Source: an uncultured Nitrospinota bacterium (GTDB lineage: Bacteria > Tectomicrobia > Entotheonellia > J063 > CAVPRW01). From it: DNA of 64,000 bases. The notes below the pieces were generated by a model, which was not told the DNA's origin, did no database searches, and saw only the letters and a list, made by a program, of their open reading frames with translations. The stretch is from contig CAVPRW010000003.1 of assembly GCA_963707985.1 (NCBI GenBank), positions 1-64,000 on the forward strand. Reading direction: 5' to 3'. The position numbers and the translations under genes are program-made. Below are positions 26,458 through 37,594 of this stretch, piece by piece; within the stretch, counting starts at the first letter, position 1, and the number at the start of each line of letters is the position of its first letter.

Positions 26458-27009
26458 TCACGCAAATAGCTCCCTCACCGGAATCTTCCAACCTGGTACC
26501 ACGTCACCACCATCAAGCATATCATGTTCGGTCAACATGATGATGTCGGTCAGCGATCGATAGACGGTGACGGCTCGCTTGCGAGGCATCACCAGGATGA
26601 CCATCTTCGTGCCGGCCTCGATCCAGTCGCACACCTTCTCTTGGACTTCGGCATATGTGTCACTGGGCGAGATCACCTCTACGGCCAGATCGGGTGCCCC
26701 TGGCCAATAGCCCTCAACGTCGCCCACCTCCTCAACGCGTTCGAGCCGGATGAACGCGACATCCGGCGCACGCACAACATCGGGATTTGACGCCAGTTTG
26801 AAGCCGGTTTCGGCAGCATAAACGGTGCCGAGAGTGTGCGCTCGCACATGCTGATCCAGGGGGGTCGTGATGTTGATCGCGATTCTACCATGTAGATGCC
26901 CTGCCGGCGCCATTTTCCGTAGTTCTCCCCTGACCAGCTCGTAACGATAGCCGTCATCCGGCATGCGTAGTAATTCTTCTGCGGTGACGAGTTGCTGTGC
27001 GGTGGCCAT
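26458..27009 (-). CDS. Uma2-family (DUF820) putative endonuclease
   Basis: YELVRGEL...D/E-rich PD-(D/E)xK-like core typical of Uma2. Confidence 0.7.
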   Translation of the reverse strand: MATAQQLVTAEELLRMPDDGYRYELVRGELRKMAPAGHLHGRIAINITTPLDQHVRAHTLGTVYAAETGFKLASNPDVVRAPDVAFIRLERVEEVGDVEGYWPGAPDLAVEVISPSDTYAEVQEKVCDWIEAGTKMVILVMPRKRAVTVYRSLTDIIMLTEHDMLDGGDVVPGWKIPVRELFA

Positions 27010-27271
27010 ATCGAAGCATCCCCTCTCTGATGACCCGCGAGCCGTCTTGGACATATCCCAGAGTTTCGGGCGCATCCAGGACGAAAGGATAGCGGCGGAA
27101 TGCCTTGAACGCAAGCGTGATTGGCACGGCCGCTCCAGGCCTCTCCCTCAGTGCGCTTGACGGTACCCAAGGACCGGCATAGAATCGCCTGGTCGTCGCT
27201 TCTCGAATCTTTCCCCTGCCAATGGTCGGCCCACGCGTTCGACACGGCAGGATTCTCTATCAGGAGATCGT

Positions 27272-27469
27272 ATGGCTGATCTAACTCAAAACGAGGTCAA
27301 GAGCTTAGGACTCGCCGTAGGACTGGAGCTGGAAGAGCCCCTCCTGACTGAGGTAACTTACAACCTCAATGCGCTGCAGGAGTTGCTCGACGACGTGAAG
27401 CCGCCGGGACTCGATCAGGTTGAACCCTTGCCGATTATCATTCCCCCTGAAAGGAGCTCTCATGAATAA
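27272..27469 (+). CDS. AtzG-like (DUF4089) small partner protein of amidase
   Basis: 65 aa, acidic/helical. Stop TAA overlaps the amidase ATG (ATGAATAA). Confidence 0.45.
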   Translation: MADLTQNEVKSLGLAVGLELEEPLLTEVTYNLNALQELLDDVKPPGLDQVEPLPIIIPPERSSHE

Positions 27470-28899
27470 GGCTGATCTTCCTTTCCTCTCCGCTGCGGCA
27501 CTCGGTGAGCTGATCCGCAAGCAGGAAATCTCTCCGGTGGAGGCCGCTGCCGCGTACCTCGATCGCATCGATGCCGTGGATGGCAAGCTCCATAGCTACA
27601 TCACCGTCTGCCGTGATGAGGCGATGCAGGCCGCCCGCGCAGCCGAGCAGGCCATTGTGCATGGCGAATGGCGGGGGCCGTTGCATGGTGTGCCCTATGC
27701 GGCCAAGGATCAGTTTTGGACCAAGGGGATTCGCACCACCGGTGGTTCACGCTTGCTGGCCGACTTCATCCCTGGCGAGGACGCCACAGTGGTGGCCAAA
27801 TTGAACGCCGCCGGGGCCATCCTACTGGGCAAGCTCAACATGAGTGAGTTCGCGACCGGGAATAGTGTCGCTCATCCCTTCGGCACCCCGCATAATCCTT
27901 GGGACCTCGAGCGCAATGCCGGTACCTCCAGCAGTGGCTCTGGCGCAGCTACTGCGGCGTTTTTATGTGCCACTTCCCTGGGCGAGGACACGGGGGGCTC
28001 CATTCGCAACCCTGCCAGCAATTGCGGACTTGTGGGACTAAGGCCTACTTGGGGTTTGGTGAGCCGCTATGGCATGCTGGGAGCTGGCTGGTCGATGGAT
28101 ATTGGCGGGCCGATATCCCGCACGGCCGCGGACTGTGCCCTCACGCTGCAAGCGATCGCTGGGTACGACCCGCGGGATCCGTATACAACGCGCCAATCCA
28201 TCCCAGATTATCGTGCCGGATTGACCGGGCGCCTCGAAGGCGTGCGCCTCGGCATCGTCAAAGAGGCCATGGATGCGGACTTCGTCCATCCACAGGTGAA
28301 GGCCGCGATGTCCAAGGCGGTAGCGGAGCTGAAAGATCTCGGCGTATCGGTTGACCAGGTATCCATTCCCTTGATGCCCTCGGCAGCTGCTGTCACCCGT
28401 GCCATCATTGGCGTCGAGAGTGCCTCACTACACCACGACTGGTTGCAGACACGGTTACACGAATACGATCACAATGTGCAGATCGACTTCCTCACCGGCG
28501 CTGTCATGCCCGCGCAACTCTATTACAAGGCGCAGAAAATACGCGCCCTAACCAGACAGCAGGTGCTTGCAGCCCTTGAGCAAGTGGATGTATTGGTTCT
28601 TCCCAGCTCCTCTGAGCCTGCTCCGCTGCTCCCGAAGGAAGCCGGCTTGAAGAGCAAAGACGAGGCCCGACAGCGCATGTCCGGCCGGCGGAGCCTCACC
28701 GGGCGTGTTCAATTTGGCGAACGTGCCGGCGCTCTCCGTGCCGTGTGGGTTTGTATCGGTGGATGGAGTGGACGGAAAGGAACTACCTATCGGTCTGCAA
28801 CTCGCGGGACGACCATTTGAGGACGGGCTGTTGCTAAGGGTGGCACATGCGTATGAACAAGTCACTCCCTGGCATACGCGACGACCGCCGATCGCCTAA
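27462..28899 (+). CDS. amidase signature (AS) family enzyme (AtzE/GatA-like); frameshift near 28690
   Basis: [13 protein letters not shown] and the K...S...S triad region. C-terminal piece ([24 protein letters not shown]) lies in another frame, 28705-28899. AAAGGAG SD upstream. Confidence 0.75.
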
Positions 28900-29039
28900 T
28901 CTTTTCCCTTGACAGGTGTACTCGCTTGGACGACCTCTCAGAGCAGACCCACTCGCCTAGCGCGATCACCATTATGGGACGCTTTGATCATACCCGTCTT
29001 GCACTTGTTAACGATACAGGTGGAGAGGAGCACGACACG

Positions 29040-29918
29040 ATGCAGATCGGCATCTCATTGCACAATAACTGGGGCATTGAGGACGTGCAGGCGATTGTTC
29101 AGCTCGCCAGTCGGGCCGAAGCGCTAGGGTTTGCCTCAGTGTGGGTGCACGACCATGTCTTCAATGCCGGCCACGTGTTCCGCCGCATCGGGCATAAGCC
29201 CTATTACGAGCCCCTAACCCTCCTCAGCTACGTGGCCGCCCGTACCGAGAGGGTGGGCTTAGGCGCCTCGGTGCTCGTGCTGCCGTATCATAACGCCATC
29301 CGGCTGGCCAAGACCGCTGCGACCCTGGACGTCCTCAGTAGCGGCCGTTTGATCCTGGGAGTGGGTGTGGGAGTGATCGCCCCTGAGTCAGAAGCGATGG
29401 GTAGTCCGTATGGGGAACGGGGCGCCATCACCGATGAAGCCATCGCCGTGATGAAGGAGTTGTGGACGCAGAACGACCCGAGCTTCGCAGGTAAATATTA
29501 TCGCTTCTCGGGCATGCCCTTTTCCCCCAAACCGCTACAACAGCCCCATATCCCGGTGTGGATCGGGGGTAACAGCCGGGCCGCCATCCGTCGGGCTGTC
29601 CGCCTAGGCAATGGTTGGCACCCGTTGGCCGTCTCGCCGGAGACGTTGGCCCAGGGCATTTACGACCTGCACAAGCAAGCCCAGGCCACTGGCCGGGAAA
29701 CCTCGGAGATCCCAGTCTCGCTCAGCATCCCCCTGGGTCCCTCGACGGAACGGCGGGTCGCTTTGGGCACTGCGCCAGATGAAATCGTCCGGAACGTCCA
29801 GGCCTACGCCGACGTGGGGGTACAGACGATCGTCATATCCGGCCATACAGAGCAGATGGCGGAGATTCTGTCGGCAATGGACATGCTGGCGCGGGAGGTG
29901 CTGCCTGTGTTCCGGTAG
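29040..29918 (+). CDS. LLM-class F420-dependent oxidoreductase
   Basis: Luciferase-like TIM-barrel pattern (FASVWVHDH, ILGVGVG, PHIPVWIGG). Confidence 0.8.
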   Translation: MQIGISLHNNWGIEDVQAIVQLASRAEALGFASVWVHDHVFNAGHVFRRIGHKPYYEPLTLLSYVAARTERVGLGASVLVLPYHNAIRLAKTAATLDVLSSGRLILGVGVGVIAPESEAMGSPYGERGAITDEAIAVMKELWTQNDPSFAGKYYRFSGMPFSPKPLQQPHIPVWIGGNSRAAIRRAVRLGNGWHPLAVSPETLAQGIYDLHKQAQATGRETSEIPVSLSIPLGPSTERRVALGTAPDEIVRNVQAYADVGVQTIVISGHTEQMAEILSAMDMLAREVLPVFR

Positions 29919-30283
29919 TGTGGGGTGGCCACGTATCCAGCGCGCAAGGGCCGCCGTGTTACCTGTCTAGTACTCTGTGATCTGTTGCTGGCGATGCAAC
30001 CTGTTCCCGAAGTGTTGACTAGGCAACAGTCATGCCGTAGGGCTATCTCCTGTCCTTTCCTCCCCGCGCAGCTCCATCGCGCTCCCACAATGGTCTAGAC
30101 AACGCTGAAGCAGCCCTCCTAAGCTTGGCATTAGATATGCTCTATTCCTAGGACCCGCTTAGGCCGTGATGGTGGTGCCACTCATCTGATAGTCCTAGGA
30201 CGGTGGAGAGTCACGAACCAAACTCTCGAGCCTACGGCATCGAGCTATTCAGAATTTTGACGCAAGCGTATTGCAAAGGAGAA

Positions 30284-31870
30284 ATGCAAGAGTCTATGGT
30301 CGCAGAGAAGAGTCACTGCCACTGGAATCGACGTACGTTCCTGAAAGGGGTTGGCCTCGGAACACTGTCACTTGCCGGTATATCAACTACTGCCCGCGTG
30401 CCCTCAGCAGTATGGGCCGCTGCCAAGCCAACACGATTCGTCTACGCCTGGACTGCCTTCGACCTACTCGACCCTCACGTCAAGTATGACGGGAATGCCT
30501 ACTTTTTCAACCTGAACATGTACGACAATCTGTTGCGTTATCAGGGAAATCCCCCAGAAATCGTCCCTTGGCTGGCCGAGAGCTACGACGTCACCGACGG
30601 CGGACGAACGTGGACGTTCCATCTGCGAAGGGGGGTGAAATTCCACGATGGTAGCCCGCTTGACGCCGAGGCTGTGCGCTTCAGTTTCGAACGGTTACTC
30701 ACCATAGGCAAAGCACCGGCAGGGGTGTTCAAGCGTATGGGGCTCACCAGTGACAGCATCCGTGTCATCGACTCTCAGACGGTTCAAATTCAGCTGAGCC
30801 AGCCCTATGGCCCATTTCTCGCCGCCATCCCGATCGTCTCCATCATCAATCCAGCGCTGATCAAGGCCAATGAGGACAATGGCGACTGGGCCGAGAAATG
30901 GTTGGCACGCCAGGAAGCCGGTTCGGGTGCCTACTCGCTGGTCAAGTACGATCCGACTACTGGCTTCGTCATGAGCCGATTTCCCGACTATTGGCGGGGA
31001 TGGCAGGAGAAATACGTCGACGAAGTCGAGATCCGCCTGATCCGGGAGACATCGAGCCGGATTATGGGTCTCATGAAGGGAGACATCCACACGGCGGACA
31101 CCAACTTCCCGCCTGATCAGCTAGAGAAGCTGGAGCGGCACCCTCGCCTCAAAGTGACGGCTCACGAGTCGATGTCGCTCTGCTACGTTAAGATGCATAA
31201 TCAGCGAACCCCCTTCACCGATATCAACATCCGCAAAGCGTTCAGCCATGCATTCAACTACGACAGCTTCATCAACGACATTTTGAAGGGGCGGGGCATC
31301 CGGAATCCTGGTCCTATGCCGCGGTCCATGTGGGGGTACCCCGTAGATCTGCCTGGCTATACCTACGACTTGGATAAAGCGAAAGCCTATCTCGGGCAGG
31401 CGCAGGTAAAGATCACGCGTCCGATCGAGATCCATATCCAGAGCGAGTTCGAGCAATTGACCCAGGCTGGTCTGTTGATGCAAAGCGACTTGGCCAAACT
31501 GGGCATTGAGCTGCGCCTGGTAAAATCGCTGTTTCCCAGCATCGTCGCCTCCACAAAAACGCCTGAGACCACCCCAGATATGTGGATTTACTGGGTCGGC
31601 ACCCAGTACGTCGATCCCGAGAATTGGCTCGGCGACAGCTACGACTCGGCAAACTGGGGCTCATGGAAAGCTTCGGCCTGGTACAAAAACCCCCAGGTGG
31701 ACACACTGTTGCAGCAAGCTCGCAGCCGGGTTGAACGGGAGGCGCGCGCCAAGGTGTACGAAGAGGTCTGTCGCCTCGTCGTCGATGATGCCCCAGACAT
31801 CTGGGTTTATAACAGGCTCAGTATCCACCGCTGGCCAAGAATGTTCAAGGGTTCAAATTCTCCCCGGTAG
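30284..31870 (+). CDS. ABC transporter substrate-binding protein, family 5 (peptide/nickel/opine), Tat signal
   Basis: NRRTFLKGVGLG twin-arginine motif. SBP_bac_5 length and pattern. No permease or ATPase genes adjacent. Confidence 0.8.
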   Translation: MQESMVAEKSHCHWNRRTFLKGVGLGTLSLAGISTTARVPSAVWAAAKPTRFVYAWTAFDLLDPHVKYDGNAYFFNLNMYDNLLRYQGNPPEIVPWLAESYDVTDGGRTWTFHLRRGVKFHDGSPLDAEAVRFSFERLLTIGKAPAGVFKRMGLTSDSIRVIDSQTVQIQLSQPYGPFLAAIPIVSIINPALIKANEDNGDWAEKWLARQEAGSGAYSLVKYDPTTGFVMSRFPDYWRGWQEKYVDEVEIRLIRETSSRIMGLMKGDIHTADTNFPPDQLEKLERHPRLKVTAHESMSLCYVKMHNQRTPFTDINIRKAFSHAFNYDSFINDILKGRGIRNPGPMPRSMWGYPVDLPGYTYDLDKAKAYLGQAQVKITRPIEIHIQSEFEQLTQAGLLMQSDLAKLGIELRLVKSLFPSIVASTKTPETTPDMWIYWVGTQYVDPENWLGDSYDSANWGSWKASAWYKNPQVDTLLQQARSRVEREARAKVYEEVCRLVVDDAPDIWVYNRLSIHRWPRMFKGSNSPR

Positions 31871-32171
31871 GAGCGGGGCGGGACTTCTGGTACATCTATT
31901 TTGACCCCCAAGCCTAAGGGTGAGGCAAGCAACCGATGACACTCCAGGCAAGCATCGCGCAGTTTGTCTTTGCCATATGTATTCAAGCATAGCGAGCGTG
32001 CGAGGGGTGTCAATGGCGGGTGTCGGTTTGAGGCGGCCCTTGTTGGCACCGAATATGGGCCGAACACGACTCATGTGTGCGAGCCCAGAGCTCACTGTTT
32101 GCGGGCCGCTACCCCGGCGTGAGACTCCCTTCCAGCCATGATCAGGAGATCCCAGGCAAGATGCCCGGCCC

Positions 32172-32576
32172 TCACGCGGTCTGGGCACCCGTGTAACAGC
32201 GTAGTTCAAGCTTGTTCCCATCGGGGTCCCAGAGTTTAAACTGCTGCCCATAGCCCTGCGCCCCCCAGGCCGGACGCACCGTGTCCTCGACCTGAATCCC
32301 TTTGGCCTTCAGCTCGGCATGCAGGTGGTGCATGTCCGTCGGGCCAAGCACCAGGCAATAATGATCCATGTTCGGGGTCACACGCTCCCCGGCGGCGATG
32401 GGACGGATATCGATGATCGTCTCGGAGGAGATCCGGGCCGACACAAACCCGACGTTCCCGGCCCGGAATTCCTCCAGCCGCAGCAGTTCCAGACCGAGCA
32501 CCTCATGATAGAAGTGCATGGCGCGCTCCACATCTTGGGTATTGATCACCATATGGTCTAATCCCACTACGTGCAT
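32172..32576 (-). CDS. VOC/glyoxalase-family protein
   Basis: 134 aa with the VOC fold pattern (HMVINTQDVERAMHFYHEVLG). Confidence 0.7.
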   Translation of the reverse strand: MHVVGLDHMVINTQDVERAMHFYHEVLGLELLRLEEFRAGNVGFVSARISSETIIDIRPIAAGERVTPNMDHYCLVLGPTDMHHLHAELKAKGIQVEDTVRPAWGAQGYGQQFKLWDPDGNKLELRCYTGAQTA

Positions 32577-32985
32577 GGCTCCCTCCCCAGGGTCTTGCCC
32601 TGCGAGTATGAGTTCTCGTCACGCGCCACTCGGCCTCGATCGCTACAGAGGACTCTGCCACCGTATCGCCGGGTAGCGACCATATCCTATGCCGCCTGGG
32701 TAGGGGTGTCAAGGAGTCCCCTGGGACTCGCAGTACTGTGGCATGAACTGCTGCACGGCGCGTGCGGGAATGTGGAGGACATCCAGGACATGCTTTAAGC
32801 AATTCCCCGGTGGCATTTCGGTTTCGAGTGCAGTCAGCAGTCGGCCAAGTTCCACCGATTCGTCGAGGGTGCGTGCATCCCTGTGGGTCCTGAAAACCCG
32901 TAGCAACCACAGACGATAGTGCTACACCCTGCATAGCACGACCCGTCATAGAAGGTCACAGTATGGCAGTGAGTATCTACTACTA

Positions 32986-33409
32986 CTATGCCGATACCCC
33001 TTCCCAGTACTTGGCATGCCGGCCGGCGTCCGCCAGCACGTCACTGGAGACCCACTCTGCGCCCTTCTCTCTCGCTCGCTGGTCGTTCTCATCGCAGTAG
33101 GCGGCCAGATCGGCCACCACATGGTCGTTGATACACTTCCCCACCGGCTTGGCTTCCTTCATGGCCTCTTTGTATGTGCGAATATACTTCCCCACTCGCT
33201 CGGGACCGGCCTTGCCATGGATCAAGCAGCCGATGCCCACGCTCCCCCGCGATCTGCGCAGTTTCCTCCTGGGTGCACGCGGCCCACAGGGGAGGGGTGG
33301 GGCTTCTGATAAGGCTTGGGGATCACCTGACATGGTGGAATGTGATAGTACTGCCCGTCGTGAGAGAAGACCTCTTCCGTCCAGATCCGAGGGATGATGG
33401 ACAGGGCCT
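32986..33409 (-). pseudogene. remnant (C-terminal half, frameshifted) of an LLM-class oxidoreductase
   Basis: IIPRIWTEEVFSHDGQYYHIPPCQVIPKPYQKPHP then a frame switch to the C-terminal portion. No N-terminal half present. Confidence 0.4.
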
Positions 33410-34224
33410 CATCTGACCAGGGTGTCCTCGAGGTTCCGCCAAACGGGACCAGCTGCAGCGGTCTTGCCGAACATCCACTCCTGATCCTCTGGGCTCTTAA
33501 ACTGCACGTGCTCCATCGGCAACCGCAGGGCATTGCGATACCCTTCGCCTCGCCCAGCCACGGGTGGGAAGTTGCTGCCCCACATCAGTCGCCGGGCCCC
33601 GAAGGCCTCAATGGCCATCTCGATGAGTGGCGGGACGTTCTCAAAGGGGAACGGCTTGCGGAGCGGCATGGGCCGCGGGCACAGTTCTCCAAACCCCGGC
33701 ACTTTCATAAAGATATTGGGATATTGGGCCAGCGCCAGGACTCTCCGGTATCGGTGGTGAGGTGGCTGTGTATCCTGTCCACCGCCCCCGAGATGTTCGA
33801 TAATGATGTGCAGGTGGGGCAAGGCCTTGATGATGTCCTCGAACGCCGGCGAAGCGAACTCCTCCACCGCAGACCCCTGAGCGCTGACCACGAGACCCAG
33901 GTCGGCGGCCTTCCGCCAGATGGCCAGGGGGTCGCGACCCGGCGAGCGTGCGAGTGGCCTCAGCCGGATGCCCTCAATGCCCTGTTTCGTCCACTCCTCC
34001 AGGCGTTCTGGGGCATCAGGCTGGTCGGTGTCAACCAATCCCACCACCGAAAATCGCCCTGGGAAGCGGCGCATACATTCAATGAGATAGGCGTTGTCGT
34101 ACTCCCCGCCGATTTGGATGAGCGTCGCCTTCGCCACCCCGTGCCTGTTCATCTGGTCCAGGAGGGTTTCAACCGGCTCGTACCAGTAGGGTGACGCATG
34201 GCAGTGCGTGTCGACGACGACCAT
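33409..34224 (-). CDS. amidohydrolase-2 family (TIM-barrel metal-dependent hydrolase)
   Basis: MVVVDTHCHA metal-binding start, and the HxH...H...D pattern. Confidence 0.7.
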   Translation of the reverse strand: MVVVDTHCHASPYWYEPVETLLDQMNRHGVAKATLIQIGGEYDNAYLIECMRRFPGRFSVVGLVDTDQPDAPERLEEWTKQGIEGIRLRPLARSPGRDPLAIWRKAADLGLVVSAQGSAVEEFASPAFEDIIKALPHLHIIIEHLGGGGQDTQPPHHRYRRVLALAQYPNIFMKVPGFGELCPRPMPLRKPFPFENVPPLIEMAIEAFGARRLMWGSNFPPVAGRGEGYRNALRLPMEHVQFKSPEDQEWMFGKTAAAGPVWRNLEDTLVR

Positions 34225-34276
34225 TGGGCGGCTCCTTTCTTGTCGTTGTCTGCGCTGGAATTCCCGGGAGTGTTCC

Positions 34277-34911
34277 TCAGTTTACGTGATGAACAGAGTC
34301 GGGATCAGGGAATAGTTGTTCGAGTTTATCATGCTTGTCCAGGAATGTCGCTGGGACACGATACCCGAGCAGCTCAGCTGTCATCCACACTCCATCAGGC
34401 ATCCTTGCCGTCATGGCTGAGGTGACGGTTTGCCATTGGCGCGGTGACCCTTGGCCTCGCGTGGGTAATGTGGGCATCCGTGACAGCGACCACGCGCTGG
34501 AGCAGTCGACGGGCGTTTTCCTGCGTGCGCTTGCCAACGACACAGGCGACGATCAACCGCCAGGCTGACACAAAGGCCACCCACACTCAGGCATCGCCAT
34601 AACTGTCGCCAGAGCCCCTTCGTCGTCAGTAGGTGAGGCTCTTGCGTCTGGACGACACTCCACAGTGCATCCCATGGGCATCCTGTGACATGGAGATACT
34701 GCTAGTGCGCCAACATCACCCGCCGACACTGACGGGCGCCACGATTCAACCAGGCGCAGATCGTCTGTTTGTCGCGTTGGACCATCCGAGCGGTCGCATG
34801 GATGGAAGCGCCCTCCGCCAGAGCGCGCACAGCCAGTTCAACAAGCGCCAGAGGCAAACTGGGTGCTCGCTCAAGCGATCCCATCACGTAAACTGAGGGA
34901 CACCTCCCCAA
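34277..34911 (-). mobile_element. degraded transposase remnant (HTH N-terminus plus fragments)
   Basis: Fragmented ORFs with transposase-like HTH (LALVELAVRALAEGASIHATARMV) and WRLIVACVVGKRTQENARRLLQRV. No intact catalytic domain. Confidence 0.45.
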
Positions 34912-35202
34912 TTTGCGTCAGAACCCTTTTTCATCACGTCAGCCGGCGCAGCCTAACGCACGCTCCCGTATAAGAGGCCAATGCAGAGATCTCACACTTC
35001 TCCACATGAAGGTCTGGGCATGCCTGCCGTATCCGATTCTGCGACTGTTAGGGGTATAGCGATACGTAGGTGTGCGATACACCGCATACCTACGTATCCC
35101 GGCTGGACCCGATTAACGGAGGGGAGCATGGCAGCCTCTGCTTCCCTCACGTGTGTCTGGACGGCCGTGAGGGTGCGCGCTTGGGACAGTGGTGACGCCC
35201 TT

Positions 35203-35640
35203 TCACCCTTTGCGCCGCGTCTTGGTCTCGGCCCAGGCCGCAATCTTGGGCAGGGCCGCCTCGACGGCTCGCTGGTCAAGATCTCTGGCGATGGGCTCAG
35301 CCTCACAGCGGATCAGCATGGCCGGTAGCCGATGCGTGATCTTGTCCAGGGTCCAGGCCAGCGGATCGCCTTCGGCCGTATAGTCCAGCTCCAATCGCTC
35401 GTTCTTCTGGACAGTGGCATTGCGGTAATGGTAATGGGGGTGCACGGCGAAACAGTCGAAGCGGAGCAGTTCCTTGTCCTGGCCCGCGATTGCATTCCCG
35501 TAGACGTGGATGCACAAGCCCTCGTCCCGGCCGGGGAGCAGACGGTACTCCAGCCCAAAGGTCACAGCTCCCGCTGGGATCAGCTCCTCGGAACCGCCAA
35601 TTTCGCCGCCCATCTGCGCATGCATGGTCGGTTGCGCCAT
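35203..35640 (-). CDS. hypothetical protein
   Basis: 145-aa ORF, no recognisable motif. Confidence 0.35.
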   Translation of the reverse strand: MAQPTMHAQMGGEIGGSEELIPAGAVTFGLEYRLLPGRDEGLCIHVYGNAIAGQDKELLRFDCFAVHPHYHYRNATVQKNERLELDYTAEGDPLAWTLDKITHRLPAMLIRCEAEPIARDLDQRAVEAALPKIAAWAETKTRRKG

Positions 35641-35868
35641 GGTTTGTCCCTCCGTCGATTACACATATCGCCTCGGAAATTCAACGACTGACAGATGCCC
35701 ACACGTGCGAAAAAGCAAATTTGCGACAGCACCTTTGAACGTGCCTATCACCTCAGCCACGGGACTCCATTCGTGCCCGCTTGACAAATGGGGTGCACTA
35801 CACCATAGCGAAGTGAGGGTGCGCCTAGGGTGTGCCTATTGTCCGCCAAAACACCACTGTCGAGTTTC

Positions 35869-36597
35869 CTAACCCCCGTGCCCCTCCGCGACTATTGGGT
35901 TAAAGGTCACCCGCTTCAGCGGCAGGTTGCTGGTGTTGCGCCACTGATGGAATGCGTGGGGTGGCACCAGCACGGCATCCCCTTCGGCGACCGTGTACTC
36001 TTTCCCTTCACAGAACAAGGTGCCGTGCCCTTCCAGGATATAGACGACGTGCTCCCAGGGGTGAGCGTGGCCGCCACCGTCCGGGTGGCTGACGGCGCCT
36101 GGCGCCATGTTGCCGTTGTAGAGCATCACATACGTGGGCACGCCATCCCTGGTGTTGAGTATTCGGCTGCCGGTTTCCGCGTTCAAATCCCGATAGTTGC
36201 GGATGACCGGCACAGCGCCGTTGCCCGGCTGCCTTGGGGCGCTTCTGACTGCCCCCGGGCCGCCGCTCTGGGCGGCCATGAGCGGGTTGATCTCGATGCG
36301 TCGCATGACGCCCTGCCCACCGTTGTTCAGGGTGTAATGCTCCACATCCCCCGGGATAAAGATGGCGTCGCCCTCCCTGACCGGGTACTCCTTGCCGTCG
36401 CAGACCAGGGTGCCACGGCCCTTGAGAATATATACCTCATGCTCCCAGGGATGCGTGTGGTGCGTGCTGGTCTTGTCGGGATAAATCTCCGAATAGCTCA
36501 TGGTGCAGGTGGGTGGGTCGTCGTCTAACGAGATGAGTCGGGCGGCCGGACCTTCTGGCGTATGGATACTTCTGAAGTTTCGAATGACGGGTTCCAC
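35869..36597 (-). CDS. bicupin protein (two cupin domains)
   Basis: Two repeats of HxH...E..Y.L.G.G motif (HTHPWEHEVYILKGRG and HAHPWEHVVYILEGHG). Confidence 0.7.
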   Translation of the reverse strand: MEPVIRNFRSIHTPEGPAARLISLDDDPPTCTMSYSEIYPDKTSTHHTHPWEHEVYILKGRGTLVCDGKEYPVREGDAIFIPGDVEHYTLNNGGQGVMRRIEINPLMAAQSGGPGAVRSAPRQPGNGAVPVIRNYRDLNAETGSRILNTRDGVPTYVMLYNGNMAPGAVSHPDGGGHAHPWEHVVYILEGHGTLFCEGKEYTVAEGDAVLVPPHAFHQWRNTSNLPLKRVTFNPIVAEGHGG

Positions 36598-36817
36598 AGC
36601 ATTGCCCTCCTGTCAGTGTCGATGACTTCTCGCATGTTGAGTGTTCCCCGTTCTTGCACGATTTCGCGAGGCATGTGTCGGGTGTTGGCCCTCTCGAGGG
36701 GGAGAGGACATGACAATGCCAAAAGTGCACGTTCGGCACGCATAGCAACATGTCGAGGCATCATAGATTATCGTCCTGCCTGTCTGTGAACATTGATATA
36801 GCCATACATGCGCCTCT

Positions 36818-37594
36818 TTATCTGGGAAATGACTCGAATCGTGCTCGTCCCCCGAGCTGGTCCAGGTATTGGCGAAACTGGTCGATGGCCTTCTGCTCCG
36901 ACATGCCGATAAAGTAGCGCAGGCCGTCGAGATACTTGACCATGTCGCGAGGGCGCATCCCCAGGTCATTCCGAGGATCGGACTGGTGGTACAGGGCGTC
37001 CATGCCATCTTCCAGCCCCACGTACAGGGCATCCTCCAGCACGGCAATGTCGCTGGGGGCCAGGTCCTGGCGCGCGATCCATCGAGCATACACGAAGGGG
37101 AGACCGGTCCATCGGTACCATTCTTCTCCCAGGTCATAGGTGTACGGGTAACCCCGTGCGCCCCAGCGCTGCCGCAGGGCCCGATTCCCGCTGAGGAGGA
37201 AGGCGTCGTAGGGGTCCTGGAGGGTCACATAGGCTTCCGGTTGGACGTGGTATTTCAGGCTGAGCAACACGTGCAGCAGTCGGAGGGCGGTAGAGGTCTC
37301 GTCGGTGATGCCGATGCGCGCATCGTTGAGCTGCTCGATGGGCTGCTTGGAGTACAGGAAGATGTTGCCAGCCCTCCTGGCGCAGGCGAGGCAAAAACCC
37401 GACACCGGCTGAAACCGGTCTTCCAACCGGAAGCAGTCCACCAGAGGCACTGGCCCCGCGTCAATGTCTCCCGCCGCCGCGGCGGCGGCCAGTTGGCTGG
37501 GCCCCATCGCAGACATTTCGATGCCCCGACGGGCCATGTCGAAATACAACGGCTCACATGCGAGATCAGGAATGCGACCCACTTTAATGGTCAT
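36818..37594 (-). CDS. MqnA/MqnD-family protein (futalosine-pathway chorismate dehydratase-like)
   Basis: IKVGRIPDLACEPLYF and DAFLLSGNRALRQRW resemble the MqnA periplasmic-binding-like fold. Confidence 0.5.
   Translation of the reverse strand: MTIKVGRIPDLACEPLYFDMARRGIEMSAMGPSQLAAAAAAGDIDAGPVPLVDCFRLEDRFQPVSGFCLACARRAGNIFLYSKQPIEQLNDARIGITDETSTALRLLHVLLSLKYHVQPEAYVTLQDPYDAFLLSGNRALRQRWGARGYPYTYDLGEEWYRWTGLPFVYARWIARQDLAPSDIAVLEDALYVGLEDGMDALYHQSDPRNDLGMRPRDMVKYLDGLRYFIGMSEQKAIDQFRQYLDQLGGRARFESFPR

Noticed and set aside
32709-32906. 65-aa ORF with weak ECF sigma region-4-like LPP..C pattern
   Set aside because: Similarity is too weak and the ORF too short. Kept only as part of the decay-zone note.
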